The notes under the pieces are model-generated. The model did no database searches. It was not told the DNA's origin and saw only the letters and a program-made list of their open reading frames with translations. Of a stretch of DNA of 64,000 nt, positions 1 through 9,880 are shown piece after piece. The translations under genes were made by a program, and so were the position numbers. This DNA is from an uncultured Nitrospinota bacterium (GTDB lineage: Bacteria; Tectomicrobia; Entotheonellia; J063; CAVPRW01), in NCBI GenBank assembly GCA_963707985.1, contig CAVPRW010000017.1, positions 256,001 to 320,000 on the forward strand, read 5' to 3'. Position 1 is the first letter of the stretch; every line of letters starts with the position of its first letter.

Positions 1-49
1 GGCATCTGATGGCGTCACATCGATGCCTGGCACAACTTATAACTATAAA

Positions 50-271
50 CTAGAAGATGTATTTCATGCGATTGGAGAAACTCCATTCCCCAATCGCCCT
101 TCGGTTATTGGCGGCTAGCACATTGTCGTACAAAGCGAACGCCAGCAGCGGCGTCCAGGTCAGCCCCAGCATAATTGCATAGCGTACACCCGCGGCCGCC
201 TGCCAGCCAAATACGCTCCTGTTGCCGGTAAAATTGTAAATCGGCCCCCCTGAACTATTGTTGCTCTCTAG
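50..271 (-). pseudogene. C-terminal remnant of a third, diverged porin-like paralog
   Basis: Minus frame reads ...GGPIYNFTGNRSVFGWQAAAGVRYAIMLGLTWTPLLAFALYDNVLAANNRRAIGEWSFSNRMKYIF*, which aligns with the porin C-terminus NFTGNSRYLGWEVAAGLRYQILPGLTWTPRLAY...WVFANRMIYIF*. Similarity is lost above ~271 and an in-frame stop lies at 371-373. Confidence 0.8.
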
Positions 272-707
272 GCAACAGAAATGACAGTAAGCTCGTGCGT
301 GCTGGCGCGAGGTCGTCTCAGACGACAGGTGGCTCCTGATGAAAGTACTTTCAGACGAGATCTTCGGTCGCTAGAAGATATGAGACTTCTGATAATGGAT
401 AATGAATGATGATGGCGAAGGGATGAGCATTTCAGGAAGTCCAAGAAGGCAATTACATCAGGAACGTGCGAGATAGGGAAAAGGGGGCACTAGCATCGAT
501 GGCCCCTTGCCTCCTTCTGCGGTCAAAGGAGGGTTTGTTCAAGAATGGGACAGCAGGTTATCGCGGTGTTTTTTGCCGAATCTCTGAATTTTCTAGTGAT
601 CCTGGGCTTGTTTGAGGAGTGTTTCGGGAGGGAGGCTTCAATGGATGGTGTAAGTGGCATGGCTTAGACAGGGTAGATCAACACGCCGATGGTGAACCCT
701 CTGCCCC

Positions 708-1841
708 TCATTGGCCGATCAGAATTCCCTGCACCACCGCAGCGGACAACGGATCAGCCTGCAGTTGATCGTTGACTGCACCGGCGGTAAACTGCCCCTT
801 CAGCGAATGAGCTACACGGTTTGCGATATCACTTTTGATCCCAAATACTGCCGTCAGCTCGCAATCGTACTCCTGCGACCACAGATGACCTTGGCTTGCC
901 ACATCGATCAGCTGCGCATTGATCCGTACCTGGTTGTCAATCCGACGAATACTGCCTTCGACGATTGTCCCCACCCGCAGCTCTCGTCCGATGGTGGCCA
1001 CATCTTTGAGGCTGCCTTTGTACTTCATCACTGAGGTGCGGGCGATCACCGTGAGGCCTTCGATTCGCGCCAGCTCTGCAATGAGGTTCTCTGTCAGCCC
1101 GTCGGCAACGTAAGGTTGGTCAGCCTCCGCGCTGAGGTCGATGAAGGGTAATACGGCAATGCGCGATTTATATGGCGTTACTGTCCCTTCCGCTCTTACC
1201 GCCCACGAAACTGCCCATAACCCCAAGACAACCAGTGTTATGAGCGCCAGGGCCAGCCCTAGGCGCGGCATCCACCATCTCCATCCGCCTCGCGCCTCGC
1301 CACTCCACCGTTCGCCAAGGAATATCACCTCCCGCCTGTGCGTGCCATGCCCGTTCGTTGCAGAGGAGCCGTGCCGCGTCCCCTCCCGCAGTCCGGCAGC
1401 CAAGGACGCCTCTTGTTCACGCCCGTCCTCAATCTCAGTCGGAATATCAGCACTTTCAGGTAGGACGGCCACACCAACAGTGCTTGGCAATGCGACAGTC
1501 CACTCTGCCCCGCCCGCCGGCTCTGGCAGGGGAGACTCGTCGACAGGCGCCACAAAGCGATAGCCATGACCATGCAGCGTCTGGATGATGCGTTGCGTTC
1601 GGCCACTGTCGCCCACCGCCTGGCGAACCAACCGAATGACCCCCTCCAGCGTTGTCTGACTGACGAACTGCCCAGGCCACACCTGAGTGCACAGTTCCTC
1701 CCGCGAGACCACCCGGTCCCGGTGCTCCAGGAGATAAAGACACATCCGAAACACTTTCAAACGTAACCGGAACTCCTGTCCGCCCCGCTGTAAGGTATAG
1801 AGGTTTGTATCTAATGCGCAATCGACAAATCGGTAGATCAT
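708..1841 (-). CDS. Membrane-anchored winged-helix regulator (OmpR/CadC-type wHTH + TM + TolB_N-like domain), TPR block absent
   Basis: N-terminal wHTH (VVSREELCTQVWP...IIQTLHGHGYRF), hydrophobic helix LGLALALITLVVLGLWAV, then IAVLPFIDLS...ADGLTENLIAELARI...VIARTS. Confidence 0.85.
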   Translation of the reverse strand: MIYRFVDCALDTNLYTLQRGGQEFRLRLKVFRMCLYLLEHRDRVVSREELCTQVWPGQFVSQTTLEGVIRLVRQAVGDSGRTQRIIQTLHGHGYRFVAPVDESPLPEPAGGAEWTVALPSTVGVAVLPESADIPTEIEDGREQEASLAAGLREGTRHGSSATNGHGTHRREVIFLGERWSGEARGGWRWWMPRLGLALALITLVVLGLWAVSWAVRAEGTVTPYKSRIAVLPFIDLSAEADQPYVADGLTENLIAELARIEGLTVIARTSVMKYKGSLKDVATIGRELRVGTIVEGSIRRIDNQVRINAQLIDVASQGHLWSQEYDCELTAVFGIKSDIANRVAHSLKGQFTAGAVNDQLQADPLSAAVVQGILIGQ

Positions 1842-1863
1842 GCTTTGTCCTTCGCCAAAACAT

Positions 1864-1921
1864 GGGCTGGTTCACTAGTGAGACCAGCCCGTCCGCGGCG
1901 CCGGGCCGCCCCGGCGCCGCG
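1864..1921 (-). terminator. Two tandem hairpins between porin 1 stop and regulator 1 start
   Basis: GGGCTGGT..ACCAGCCC stem (1864-1890) and perfect 12-bp stem CGCGGCGCCGGG/CCCGGCGCCGCG (1894-1921). The second is conserved after porin 2 (7869-7890). No U-tract, so an mRNA-stabilising role is equally possible. Confidence 0.45.
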
Positions 1922-1936
1922 CAGCCCCCTCAGCCC

Positions 1937-3466
1937 TTAAAAGATGTAAATCATCCGATTGGCGAAGACCCAGGCATCCATCGCCTTGCGGTTAAACTGA
2001 TTGAGCCCCGAGCCATAATCGGCGTACGCCAGGCGTGGCGTCCAGGTCAGCCCCGGCAAGATCTGGTACCGCAGCCCAGCCGCGACCTCCCAGCCCAGAT
2101 ACCGACTGTTGCCGGTGAAATTGAACCGGGCTTCGTCCTTAAACGTCGGGACGGCCGCGTTCGGACCCGGCGTACTGGCCAGACAGGTCCCGCTGACCGA
2201 CCCCACCCGCAAGTTTGACGGGCAGCCCGGTTTCTCGGCCGCCCAAAAGCCGCCCGCCGCCCCCTCCAGGGTCAGGGTATCGGTGACTTGATACTCCACG
2301 GCGCCCGCCAGGCTCTGCCAGCCAAACCGATCCAACCCCCCGCTCTCACCCATCCGCTGGAAGGTATCGATCGACGTGCCGTCGACCTCCGAGTTGCCAA
2401 AGATCTCGAACCACTCCTGCCAAAATGGGCCGCCATCCGCATTCTGCGGCGCATAATACTTGACCTTGGCGCGATTGCCGATGCCGGTGTTGTTGATGTC
2501 GTCGTTGGCCTTGTTGCCCGAGGCATAGGTCACCCGCCCCTGGAACAGCCAGGGCCCCCACGTGTACGTCCCTATGAGGTTGCCGACATAGCCACTGATA
2601 TCGGTGCTCGTTTGCCCGGTCAGCGCTTGGCTGGCGCTGGTGAAGTTGCGCGTGCCGAGCATGTACATAAAGGTGGGCTCGATGCTCGCATTGCCAATGC
2701 GATAGCGGGAATCGAAGCCCAGATAATAGCGGCTGTCGCTGGCGACATTCTGGGTCGCTCGCACGATATTCTTAAACGGCCCGCTGTTACTCGTCATCCC
2801 GGTGAAGGGCGACTCCGTATAGCCATAGACGAACGGTAGATGCAGATCCAGCCCCTCGACAGGCTTCAGCCGCAGCACCATCCCGGTGGCGAAACTCTCC
2901 CCAAACTTGTCCCCGCCGGGGTAGATGTCGTTGTCCGCGGCGGAGTCCTCCCCGAATTGTGTGTAAAACAGATCTACCGACACCCGTTCACTGAGCGTCA
3001 GCACCGTGTCCCCCCCGGCGGAATCGCCGTGGAGGACGACCGCGCCATGCAGTGGCGTGACCGAAAGCGGCATGGCGCCGAAGCGCGTGCGATTGCCGAT
3101 CGGTACCTGCGGCATGCTGAAATCGACGTACACCCACTTGGTCTTAATGTTCATCTGGTCGGTGTTCCGGTCGTAAAATTCCGGGGAATCCCCATTCGCC
3201 CCCCAGACGCCGTCCAACTCGAAGCCGAACACGCCGCGCAGGTTATCGCTGGCAATGGCATTGAAGTACATGCGCCCACGCGTGCGCCCCATGGTGGTCT
3301 GATCCTCATTGCGCGTAAAATCACCATCCGCTTGGGAAACGTTACTGCGGAAGTGCGGAAACACGTTGTCGACGAACCCCGTCATGCGCAGCTCCGCGGC
3401 CCCTGCCGGGCCAGCCGCGAGTCCAACGACCACCAGGAGCCCTGCCCATCGCACCCCATGCTTCAT
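1937..3466 (-). CDS. Porin-like outer-membrane beta-barrel protein, copy 1
   Basis: Signal peptide MKHGVRWAGLLVVVGLAAGPAGA; Gly/aromatic-rich alternating strands; C-terminal MIYIF with terminal Phe; RBS GGAGGG before ATG 3466. Confidence 0.75.
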   Translation of the reverse strand: MKHGVRWAGLLVVVGLAAGPAGAAELRMTGFVDNVFPHFRSNVSQADGDFTRNEDQTTMGRTRGRMYFNAIASDNLRGVFGFELDGVWGANGDSPEFYDRNTDQMNIKTKWVYVDFSMPQVPIGNRTRFGAMPLSVTPLHGAVVLHGDSAGGDTVLTLSERVSVDLFYTQFGEDSAADNDIYPGGDKFGESFATGMVLRLKPVEGLDLHLPFVYGYTESPFTGMTSNSGPFKNIVRATQNVASDSRYYLGFDSRYRIGNASIEPTFMYMLGTRNFTSASQALTGQTSTDISGYVGNLIGTYTWGPWLFQGRVTYASGNKANDDINNTGIGNRAKVKYYAPQNADGGPFWQEWFEIFGNSEVDGTSIDTFQRMGESGGLDRFGWQSLAGAVEYQVTDTLTLEGAAGGFWAAEKPGCPSNLRVGSVSGTCLASTPGPNAAVPTFKDEARFNFTGNSRYLGWEVAAGLRYQILPGLTWTPRLAYADYGSGLNQFNRKAMDAWVFANRMIYIF

Positions 3467-4316
3467 AAGCCATCCCTCCATAGTACGTTAGTACGTTCAA
3501 GGGTATTTAAGCTCATGCTCTGCCATCTGGCCTTCACTTTCACAGTTACTGTAGTACCCAGCAATCGCCCAATCACCGCGCCACCGGCACACCCGAGCTG
3601 TTTGGATATCAAGAGCCACTATCCCTGCGACTCAGCTTCTATCACCCCCCTTAAATCCTTTCATCCTGCATCAGAATCTTCAACCAGCTGCATATACCCG
3701 ACCGACTGTATACATCGAGGGAACCAGATGAGATACGGGTTCGGCGATGCTGTCCGACCATACACCCGAGCGTGGCACAAAACCTGATGTTTTGCTGTCA
3801 ATTTACGTGTTAATAACTGCTATTTATCTGCTATATCTCGCACTTGCACTGCTTGTGCATCGGTTATGCTCATTTGGGGTCTTCTGGCAAAAGGCGGGAG
3901 CTCTATGCAGCGTCGGAATCCAACCAGCCGGCGTCAAAAAGAAGGTTCAAATATACTATGCGTGCCAAAAGTCGGACTATGACTACTGGACATCGAGTTG
4001 TGAACAACAGAGTGACTCAAGATTGTTGCTCGTCGCTTCGCGGCAGTCCACGTGCGGGCGCATCTCTGCATGATTGGATTTGATCGACCGCCTGTCCTAA
4101 TTACAGGTGTCCCATGGGATCGATGGCATCCCCAGCTGCGAAGCCAACTGATCCGTCAACATGGCTGGGACGTCCTGAAATCGCTAATGCTGGAGATGGG
4201 CGAACTATTGCGTTGGTAGGGCGGGGCTTTCGGAGCCCCATGGAGGTTTTGGCTTAGATGCCCTTAATACCCCTAAACGCGAACGTTTTGCGGATTTGCA
4301 GAACGTCACAGACGGG

Positions 4317-4447
4317 CTAAACCAGACCACACAAGATTCGTACACATGATCCGCAACGACAAATCCCCCCTTTGACAAAGGGGGGCAGGGGGGATTTGGG
4401 CAGCGACGGCACATGCGAGTGTCCCAATGTCGTGTGGTTCGATTTAG
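4317..4447. mobile_element. MITE-like element with imperfect TIRs and internal REP-like palindrome
   Basis: CTAAACCAGACCACACAAGATT (4317-4338) versus the reverse complement of 4426-4447, CTAAATCGAACCACACGACATT (17/22). Internal CCCCCCTTTGACAAAGGGGGG palindrome within 4361-4397. Confidence 0.5.
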
Positions 4448-4456
4448 AAGTGGTGG

Positions 4457-6196
4457 TCACCGAATCACGAACCGCTTGGGGATTTTGACGGCGGCATCCA
4501 ACGCCTCTTGGTGACGGCCGAGGATCCGCAAGGCTCTCGCCTTATAGCTCCAGGCAAAGGTGGCGTCAGCGGGACAGTTCCGTAGCGCTTGTTCCGCCTC
4601 TGCCAAGACCTGAGTCGCATTGGCGCGGTCCACTGGGGCATTCTCCCAGGGCCGAATGAGTCTATAGATCGGCATCCTCTGCGCGGATTTCTGCCGCATC
4701 ATCATGAAATAGCTGTCGTCCAGGTGTACGAGCGCCCACCCACGCGCCGACAATTCCGGGACGACTTGCCCAGCGCCGATATTCAGCACGATCACGTCCA
4801 CTTGATAGCGCTCCAAGTAGGCATGTAGCTCGGCAGCCCCACCCCTCCTTGCCGCCTGTCGTTCGGCGGTGAGCACGGGTCCTGCCACATACTCCCAGGT
4901 GTAATCTACCTTGACTCTCGGGTGAAAACGCCATAACAACACATCGGCCCGGGCGGAGAAGAAGCGACCCGACAGGCCGAGCCGCTCGACACTTGTAGCG
5001 ACACAAACCGGCTCCTCCCGGCTCCAGGCAAATCCCCCCTCGCGTGGATCAGCCCAGACCGCATGGGCCGACCATATCCCCACGGCAGTCAGCCCGATCA
5101 TCAGGCCACTCCCAACGACAATGGGCCACGACCGCGCACGCCACCCCGAAGGGAGCGATGGCGTGACGAGAGGAGCGGTGATCAGCACGGTATCCAGGAC
5201 CCCGCGTAAATGCCAGAGGCTAAGTGCGAGCCAGGGCACCATGAGACAGAGCGGTACCAGGTCCACCGTGCGCCAGCGCCAGCCGCTGATGCACAGGACG
5301 CCGGCCACCAGCGCCGCATAGGCAAAAAAGACGGGCCGCATGTCGACGAAAGCGCCCCCACTCACCCCCCGCCAGCCGGCGATCGACCAAGGGGACTCCC
5401 ATTCCGGTGTTAAGGCCCGAATCCAACCCGCCTGCATCTCGGCGGGAAAATAGATCAGGCGGGCGCCGTACGGATTCATCAGCAGGGCGAGCAGGCACCC
5501 GACCAGCACCAGCGCCATGGACCACAAGGGCAGCTGGCTAGTGACCCCACAGCCCAGCCATCGCCACCGCAGCTCCATGAGCCCAAGGGCGCCCATGATC
5601 GCCACCAGCAGCACCACGCCTTGCACCCATCCAGCGTGCAGATTAATCCACACGGCAAAGAGGGGCGGCAGCGCCCATAACCAGTGCCATGAGCGCTGTC
5701 CGGTGTGGACGCTGACGATGAGCCAGAGTGTCACCGCGAGAAACGCCGAGCTAAAGAGTTGTGGTCGACATTCAAGCCGGCTCCACATCAGCCCTAGCAC
5801 CAATGGGGCGAGCAGCATCACGGCAGGCCAGGAAGCTTTGAAGAGTCGAGCCGTTTTCAGCATGGCCGTCAGCGCCAGGCCGATCAGACTGAACCGCAAC
5901 AGCATAAGACCCGCCGTGCCGGCGGTCTTCTCGACGAGGTAGAACACCACTTCGGCGAGCCAGCTATGCGCGAGGAACGGCTGTCCCTCTGTGATATAGC
6001 TAAAGGGATCGGTAGTCGTCACCCATCCATGCGCCCAGATCCAGCGGCCGAGCGTCAGATGCATCCAGAGATCCAAGCCGGTGAGGGGCCACAGTCCAAA
6101 CAGCGTCACCACCCCACAGACCACAATGAGCCAGGCCGCCGTTGCTTTCCACCGCGGTAGGCGAGGGCTAGCAGAGCGAGGGGACACTAGCGGCAT
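4457..6196 (-). CDS. Multi-pass membrane protein, GT-C-like (lipid-linked-sugar glycosyltransferase-like), C-terminal TPR-like helices
   Basis: DLWMHLTLGRWI...DPFSY...HSWLAEVVFY after the first TM, RPQLFS, WINLHAGW, many TM segments. Start is ATG 6196 or TTG/GTG further upstream (ORF to 6283). Confidence 0.55.
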   Translation of the reverse strand: MPLVSPRSASPRLPRWKATAAWLIVVCGVVTLFGLWPLTGLDLWMHLTLGRWIWAHGWVTTTDPFSYITEGQPFLAHSWLAEVVFYLVEKTAGTAGLMLLRFSLIGLALTAMLKTARLFKASWPAVMLLAPLVLGLMWSRLECRPQLFSSAFLAVTLWLIVSVHTGQRSWHWLWALPPLFAVWINLHAGWVQGVVLLVAIMGALGLMELRWRWLGCGVTSQLPLWSMALVLVGCLLALLMNPYGARLIYFPAEMQAGWIRALTPEWESPWSIAGWRGVSGGAFVDMRPVFFAYAALVAGVLCISGWRWRTVDLVPLCLMVPWLALSLWHLRGVLDTVLITAPLVTPSLPSGWRARSWPIVVGSGLMIGLTAVGIWSAHAVWADPREGGFAWSREEPVCVATSVERLGLSGRFFSARADVLLWRFHPRVKVDYTWEYVAGPVLTAERQAARRGGAAELHAYLERYQVDVIVLNIGAGQVVPELSARGWALVHLDDSYFMMMRQKSAQRMPIYRLIRPWENAPVDRANATQVLAEAEQALRNCPADATFAWSYKARALRILGRHQEALDAAVKIPKRFVIR

Positions 6197-6295
6197 CGAA
6201 CGACCCCTTTCCGGGAGCAGCAAGGATCTTCGGTCAGAGAAATACCGCGCGAGTGTAAGACACTCGCCTGGCCGTGTCAACACCTGCCTGAGTGC

Positions 6296-6414
6296 GGTAG
6301 TGACTCATTTTGAATTTTAATGCAGGCCTGGAGGTCGGTCACAGATACTACGCCGTGATAGGTAGGCCTTACATCGATCACCAGGCGGGCCAGATTTCAA
6401 AATGAGTCACTACC
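6296..6414. mobile_element. 119-bp MITE with perfect 19-bp TIRs and 8-bp target-site duplication
   Basis: GGTAGTGACTCATTTTGAA (6296-6314) and TTCAAAATGAGTCACTACC (6396-6414), flanked by CTGAGTGC at 6288-6295 and 6415-6422. Confidence 0.9.
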
Positions 6415-6677
6415 CTGAGTGCGACAAACGACTCGAAGGCGGCTTTCCCTAAGTAACGCGGCCTTCGGCGACATCAGTCCAGGAGACTACCCTATAGGGT
6501 GGTATCGCAGCTTCCGTCGGGTGTGGGGAGAGAGGTAGGAGTGCGCATGATGGTGTGGAAGTAGGCCAGCTGAACGAGGGAATTCCGCTGACAATCCCGA
6601 CTACAGGAGAAGTCCGTCCAGAGAGGCACTTCCAAGGATTGAAGGTGCAGCGTCCAGGAGGCGCGGGTTGCAGGGTC

Positions 6678-7812
6678 TTAGTTGCCATGCCAGATTTTCT
6701 GCACCAGCGCGGTGAACCACGACTCCCCCTCCCAACGATCATGGATTGGCTGGGCGGTGAGTTGATCCCTTAACCCTTGCGCCAGATGCCTGGCAATATC
6801 ACACTGCGTGGCGAAGACGCCCGTGAGCTCCCGAATATATTCTTGCGACCACAGATGGCCTTGGCTGGCTACATCAATAAGCTGGACGCTGACCCGCACC
6901 TGCTTGTCCAGACTCCGGATGCTGCCTTCGAGGATCGTTCCAACCCGCAGCTCGCGCCCAATGGTGGCCACGTCTTCCAGGCTGCCTTTGTACTTCAGCA
7001 CTGAGGTGCGGGCGATCACCGTTAGCCCAGGGATCTGCGACAGTTGGGCGATCACCTCCTCCATCAGACCATCGGCAAAGTAGGCCTGGTCCGCCTCCGC
7101 GCTGAGGTCGATAAAGGGCAACACCGCTATCCGCGACTTCTCCAGCGGTCCCGTGGCCTTATGGCTTGTCCCCCACCAGAGCCCGAACGCGCCCACTAGC
7201 ACCAAGGCCACCACGGCGAGCCCCTGCCCCCCGCCGATCAACCACCATCTGACTGACCGGCGCTGGTGTGCGGTACATTGCTCCCCACGTGCGGTCGCCA
7301 CAGGACGGTCGGGGGCGTGACCGGGCGCGTCAGGCTGCCACCCCTTCACCTCGCCCGGTGGACCGGAGGCAGACGTGGCCTCCCACCGCTGTACCAACTC
7401 AACCCCCGCGGCACTACTAGCTGTTCGGAGGAGAAGGGCCGATTCAGGAGATTCTGGAGAGCGTCTCAGCCTGTGGCACCTCTTTCCCCACCTTCTTAGG
7501 CGTACGTTCCTCAACGCCGGCCACAAACCGATACCCATAACCGCGCGACGTCTGAATGATGCGTTGCATTCGGCCACTGTCACCTAGCGCCTCACGGACC
7601 GAACGGATGACCCCCTCCAGGGTCGCCTGACTGACAAACCGCCCTCCCCACACCTGGGTGCACAGTTCCTCCCGCGAGACCACGCGGTCTCGGTGCTCCA
7701 GGAGATAGAGACAGGCGCGGAACACTTTGGGCCGCAGCCGAATGCTTTGCCCACCCCGCTGTACACTATAGAGAGAGCTATCGAATGTCACTTCGCCAAA
7801 GTGGTAGATCAT
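6678..7812 (-). CDS. Membrane-anchored wHTH-TM-TolB_N-like regulator, copy 2 (frameshifted, TPR block absent)
   Basis: wHTH in ORF 7444-7812; TM plus IAVLPFIDLS domain in ORF 6678-7583; frame switch ~7444-7510. Confidence 0.75.
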
Positions 7813-7908
7813 CGTCTAGCCCCCTAAGAACACAGAGGACCGATTCTGCTGCCAACCGCCCGTTCGTCGGCGCCGGGCCGCCCCGGCGCCCCTCAGCTCT
7901 CCAAACCA

Positions 7909-9439
7909 TTAAAAGATATAAATCATCCGATTGGCAAAGACCCAGGCATCCATCGCCTTGCGGTTAAATTGATTGAGCCCACTGCCATAATCGGCATACG
8001 CCAGACGTGGCGTCCAGGTCAGCCCTGGCAAGATCTGGTACCGGATCCCGGCGGCGACCTCCCAGCCCAGATACCGACTGTTGCCGGTGAGATTGAACCG
8101 GGCTTCGTCCTTAAACGTCGGGTCTGGCCGCGTTAGGACCAGGCGTACTGGCCAGACAGGTCCCAGTGATCGACCCCACCCGCAAGTTCGACGGGCAGCC
8201 CGGTTTCTGGGCCGCCCAAAAGCCTCCCGCCGCCCCCTCCAGGGTCAGGCTATCGTTCCATTGATACTCCACGGCGCCGGCGATGTTCTGCCAGCCAAAA
8301 CGATCCACCCCCCCGCTCTCACTCATCCGCTGCCAGGTATCGATCGACGTGCCATCGACCTCTGAGTTGCCAAAGATCTCGAACCACTCCTGCCAAAACG
8401 GGCCGCCATCCGCATTCAGCGGCGCATAATACTTGACCTTCGCACGACTGCCGATGCCGGTGTTGTTGATGTCGTCGTTGGCCTTGTTGCCCGAGGTATA
8501 GTTAATCCTCCCCTGGAACAGCCAGGACCCCCACGTGTGCGTCACCAAGAGGTTGCCGACATAGGCACTGATATCGGTGCTCGTTTGCCCGGTCAGCGCC
8601 TGGCTGGCACTGGTGAAGTTGCGCGTGCCGAGCTTGTACATAAACGTGGGCTCGATGCTGGTATTGCCGATGCGATAGCGTGAATCGAAGCCCAGATAAT
8701 AGGCGCCGTCGCTGGCGACATTCTGCGTCGCGCGCACGACATTCTTAAACGGCCCGCTTTGACTCGTCATCCCGGTGAAGGGCGACTCCGTATAGCCATA
8801 GACGAACGGTAGATGCAGATCCAGCCCCTCGACAGGCTTCAGCCGCAGCACCATCCCGGTGGCGAAAGTCTCCCCAAACTTGTCCCCGCCGGGGTAGACG
8901 TCGTTGTCCGCGGCGGAGTCCTCCCCGAATTGTGTGTAAAACAGATGCACCCCCACCTGGTCGCTGAGCGTCAGCAGCGTGTCCCCCCCGGCGGAATCGC
9001 CGTGGACGACGATCTGGCCATGCAGCGGCGTGACATACAGCGGCATGGCGCCGAAGCGCGTGCGATTGCCAATCGGTACCTGCGGCATGCTGAAATCGAC
9101 GTACACCCACTTGGTCTTAATGTTCATCTGGTCGGTGTTCCGGTCGTAAAATTCCGGGGAATCCCCATTCGCCCCCCAGACGCCGTCCAACTCGAAGCCG
9201 AACACGCCGCGCAGGTTATCGCTGGCAATGGCATTGAAGTACATGCGCCCACGCGTGCGCCCCATGGTGGTCTGATCCTCATTGCGCGTAAAATCGCCAT
9301 CCGCTTGGGAAACGTTACTGCGGAAGTGCGGAAACACGTTGTCGATGAACCCTGTCATGCGCAGCTCCGCGGCCCCCACCGGGCCGACCGCGAGTCCAAC
9401 GACCACCAGGAGCCCTGCCCATCGCACCCCATGCTTCAT
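7909..9439 (-). CDS. Porin-like outer-membrane protein, copy 2 (one extra base near 8122)
   Basis: Near-identical to 1937-3466. GGGTCTGGCC here versus GGGACGGCC in copy 1 shifts the frame; the MIYIF* end is at 7909. Confidence 0.75.
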
Positions 9440-9880
9440 AGGTGATCCCTCCTCTCATCAACATGTGTTGGACTGCACGATTCGATGCCACCATTAACGC
9501 GAAGTCCCTAGACCGACAACGATCGGAACCCGCTGGCTCGATGAAGCCTCAGTGGCATTCCAGTCCACGGTTCGAATACCGCACAGCACGAGCCGTAGCA
9601 TACGCGGTGCGATGCCGCCAGACCTGATATTTGTCTGTGAATTGATACCTGAGATACTGGGATGTTGCCCTTGACGGGGCTGCCAGAAATGCAGAATGCT
9701 ACCTAAGGAGGCTAGCCTATGATGTCGCGGTAGCGATCCAAGCTGCGATACTGTGGGATTTTTTGCTAGTAAAAGTTTTAAAAACGCAAGGCATGATGAC
9801 CCGATGTCCGGCTACCCTGCGTTTTTGCTGCGAGCGGCTTCCCTAGAGGCGGGTGGCTGGAGGCGGGTGAGAGGAAAGCC

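Noticed and set aside
50..271. Porin C-terminal copy as a diversity-generating retroelement template repeat
   Set aside because: Differences from the porin genes are not adenine-specific and no reverse transcriptase is in the window.
2840..3787. Long plus-strand ORFs opposite the porins (also 8813-9445) and similar antisense ORFs
   Set aside because: Shadow frames of GC-rich genes with no recognisable motifs.
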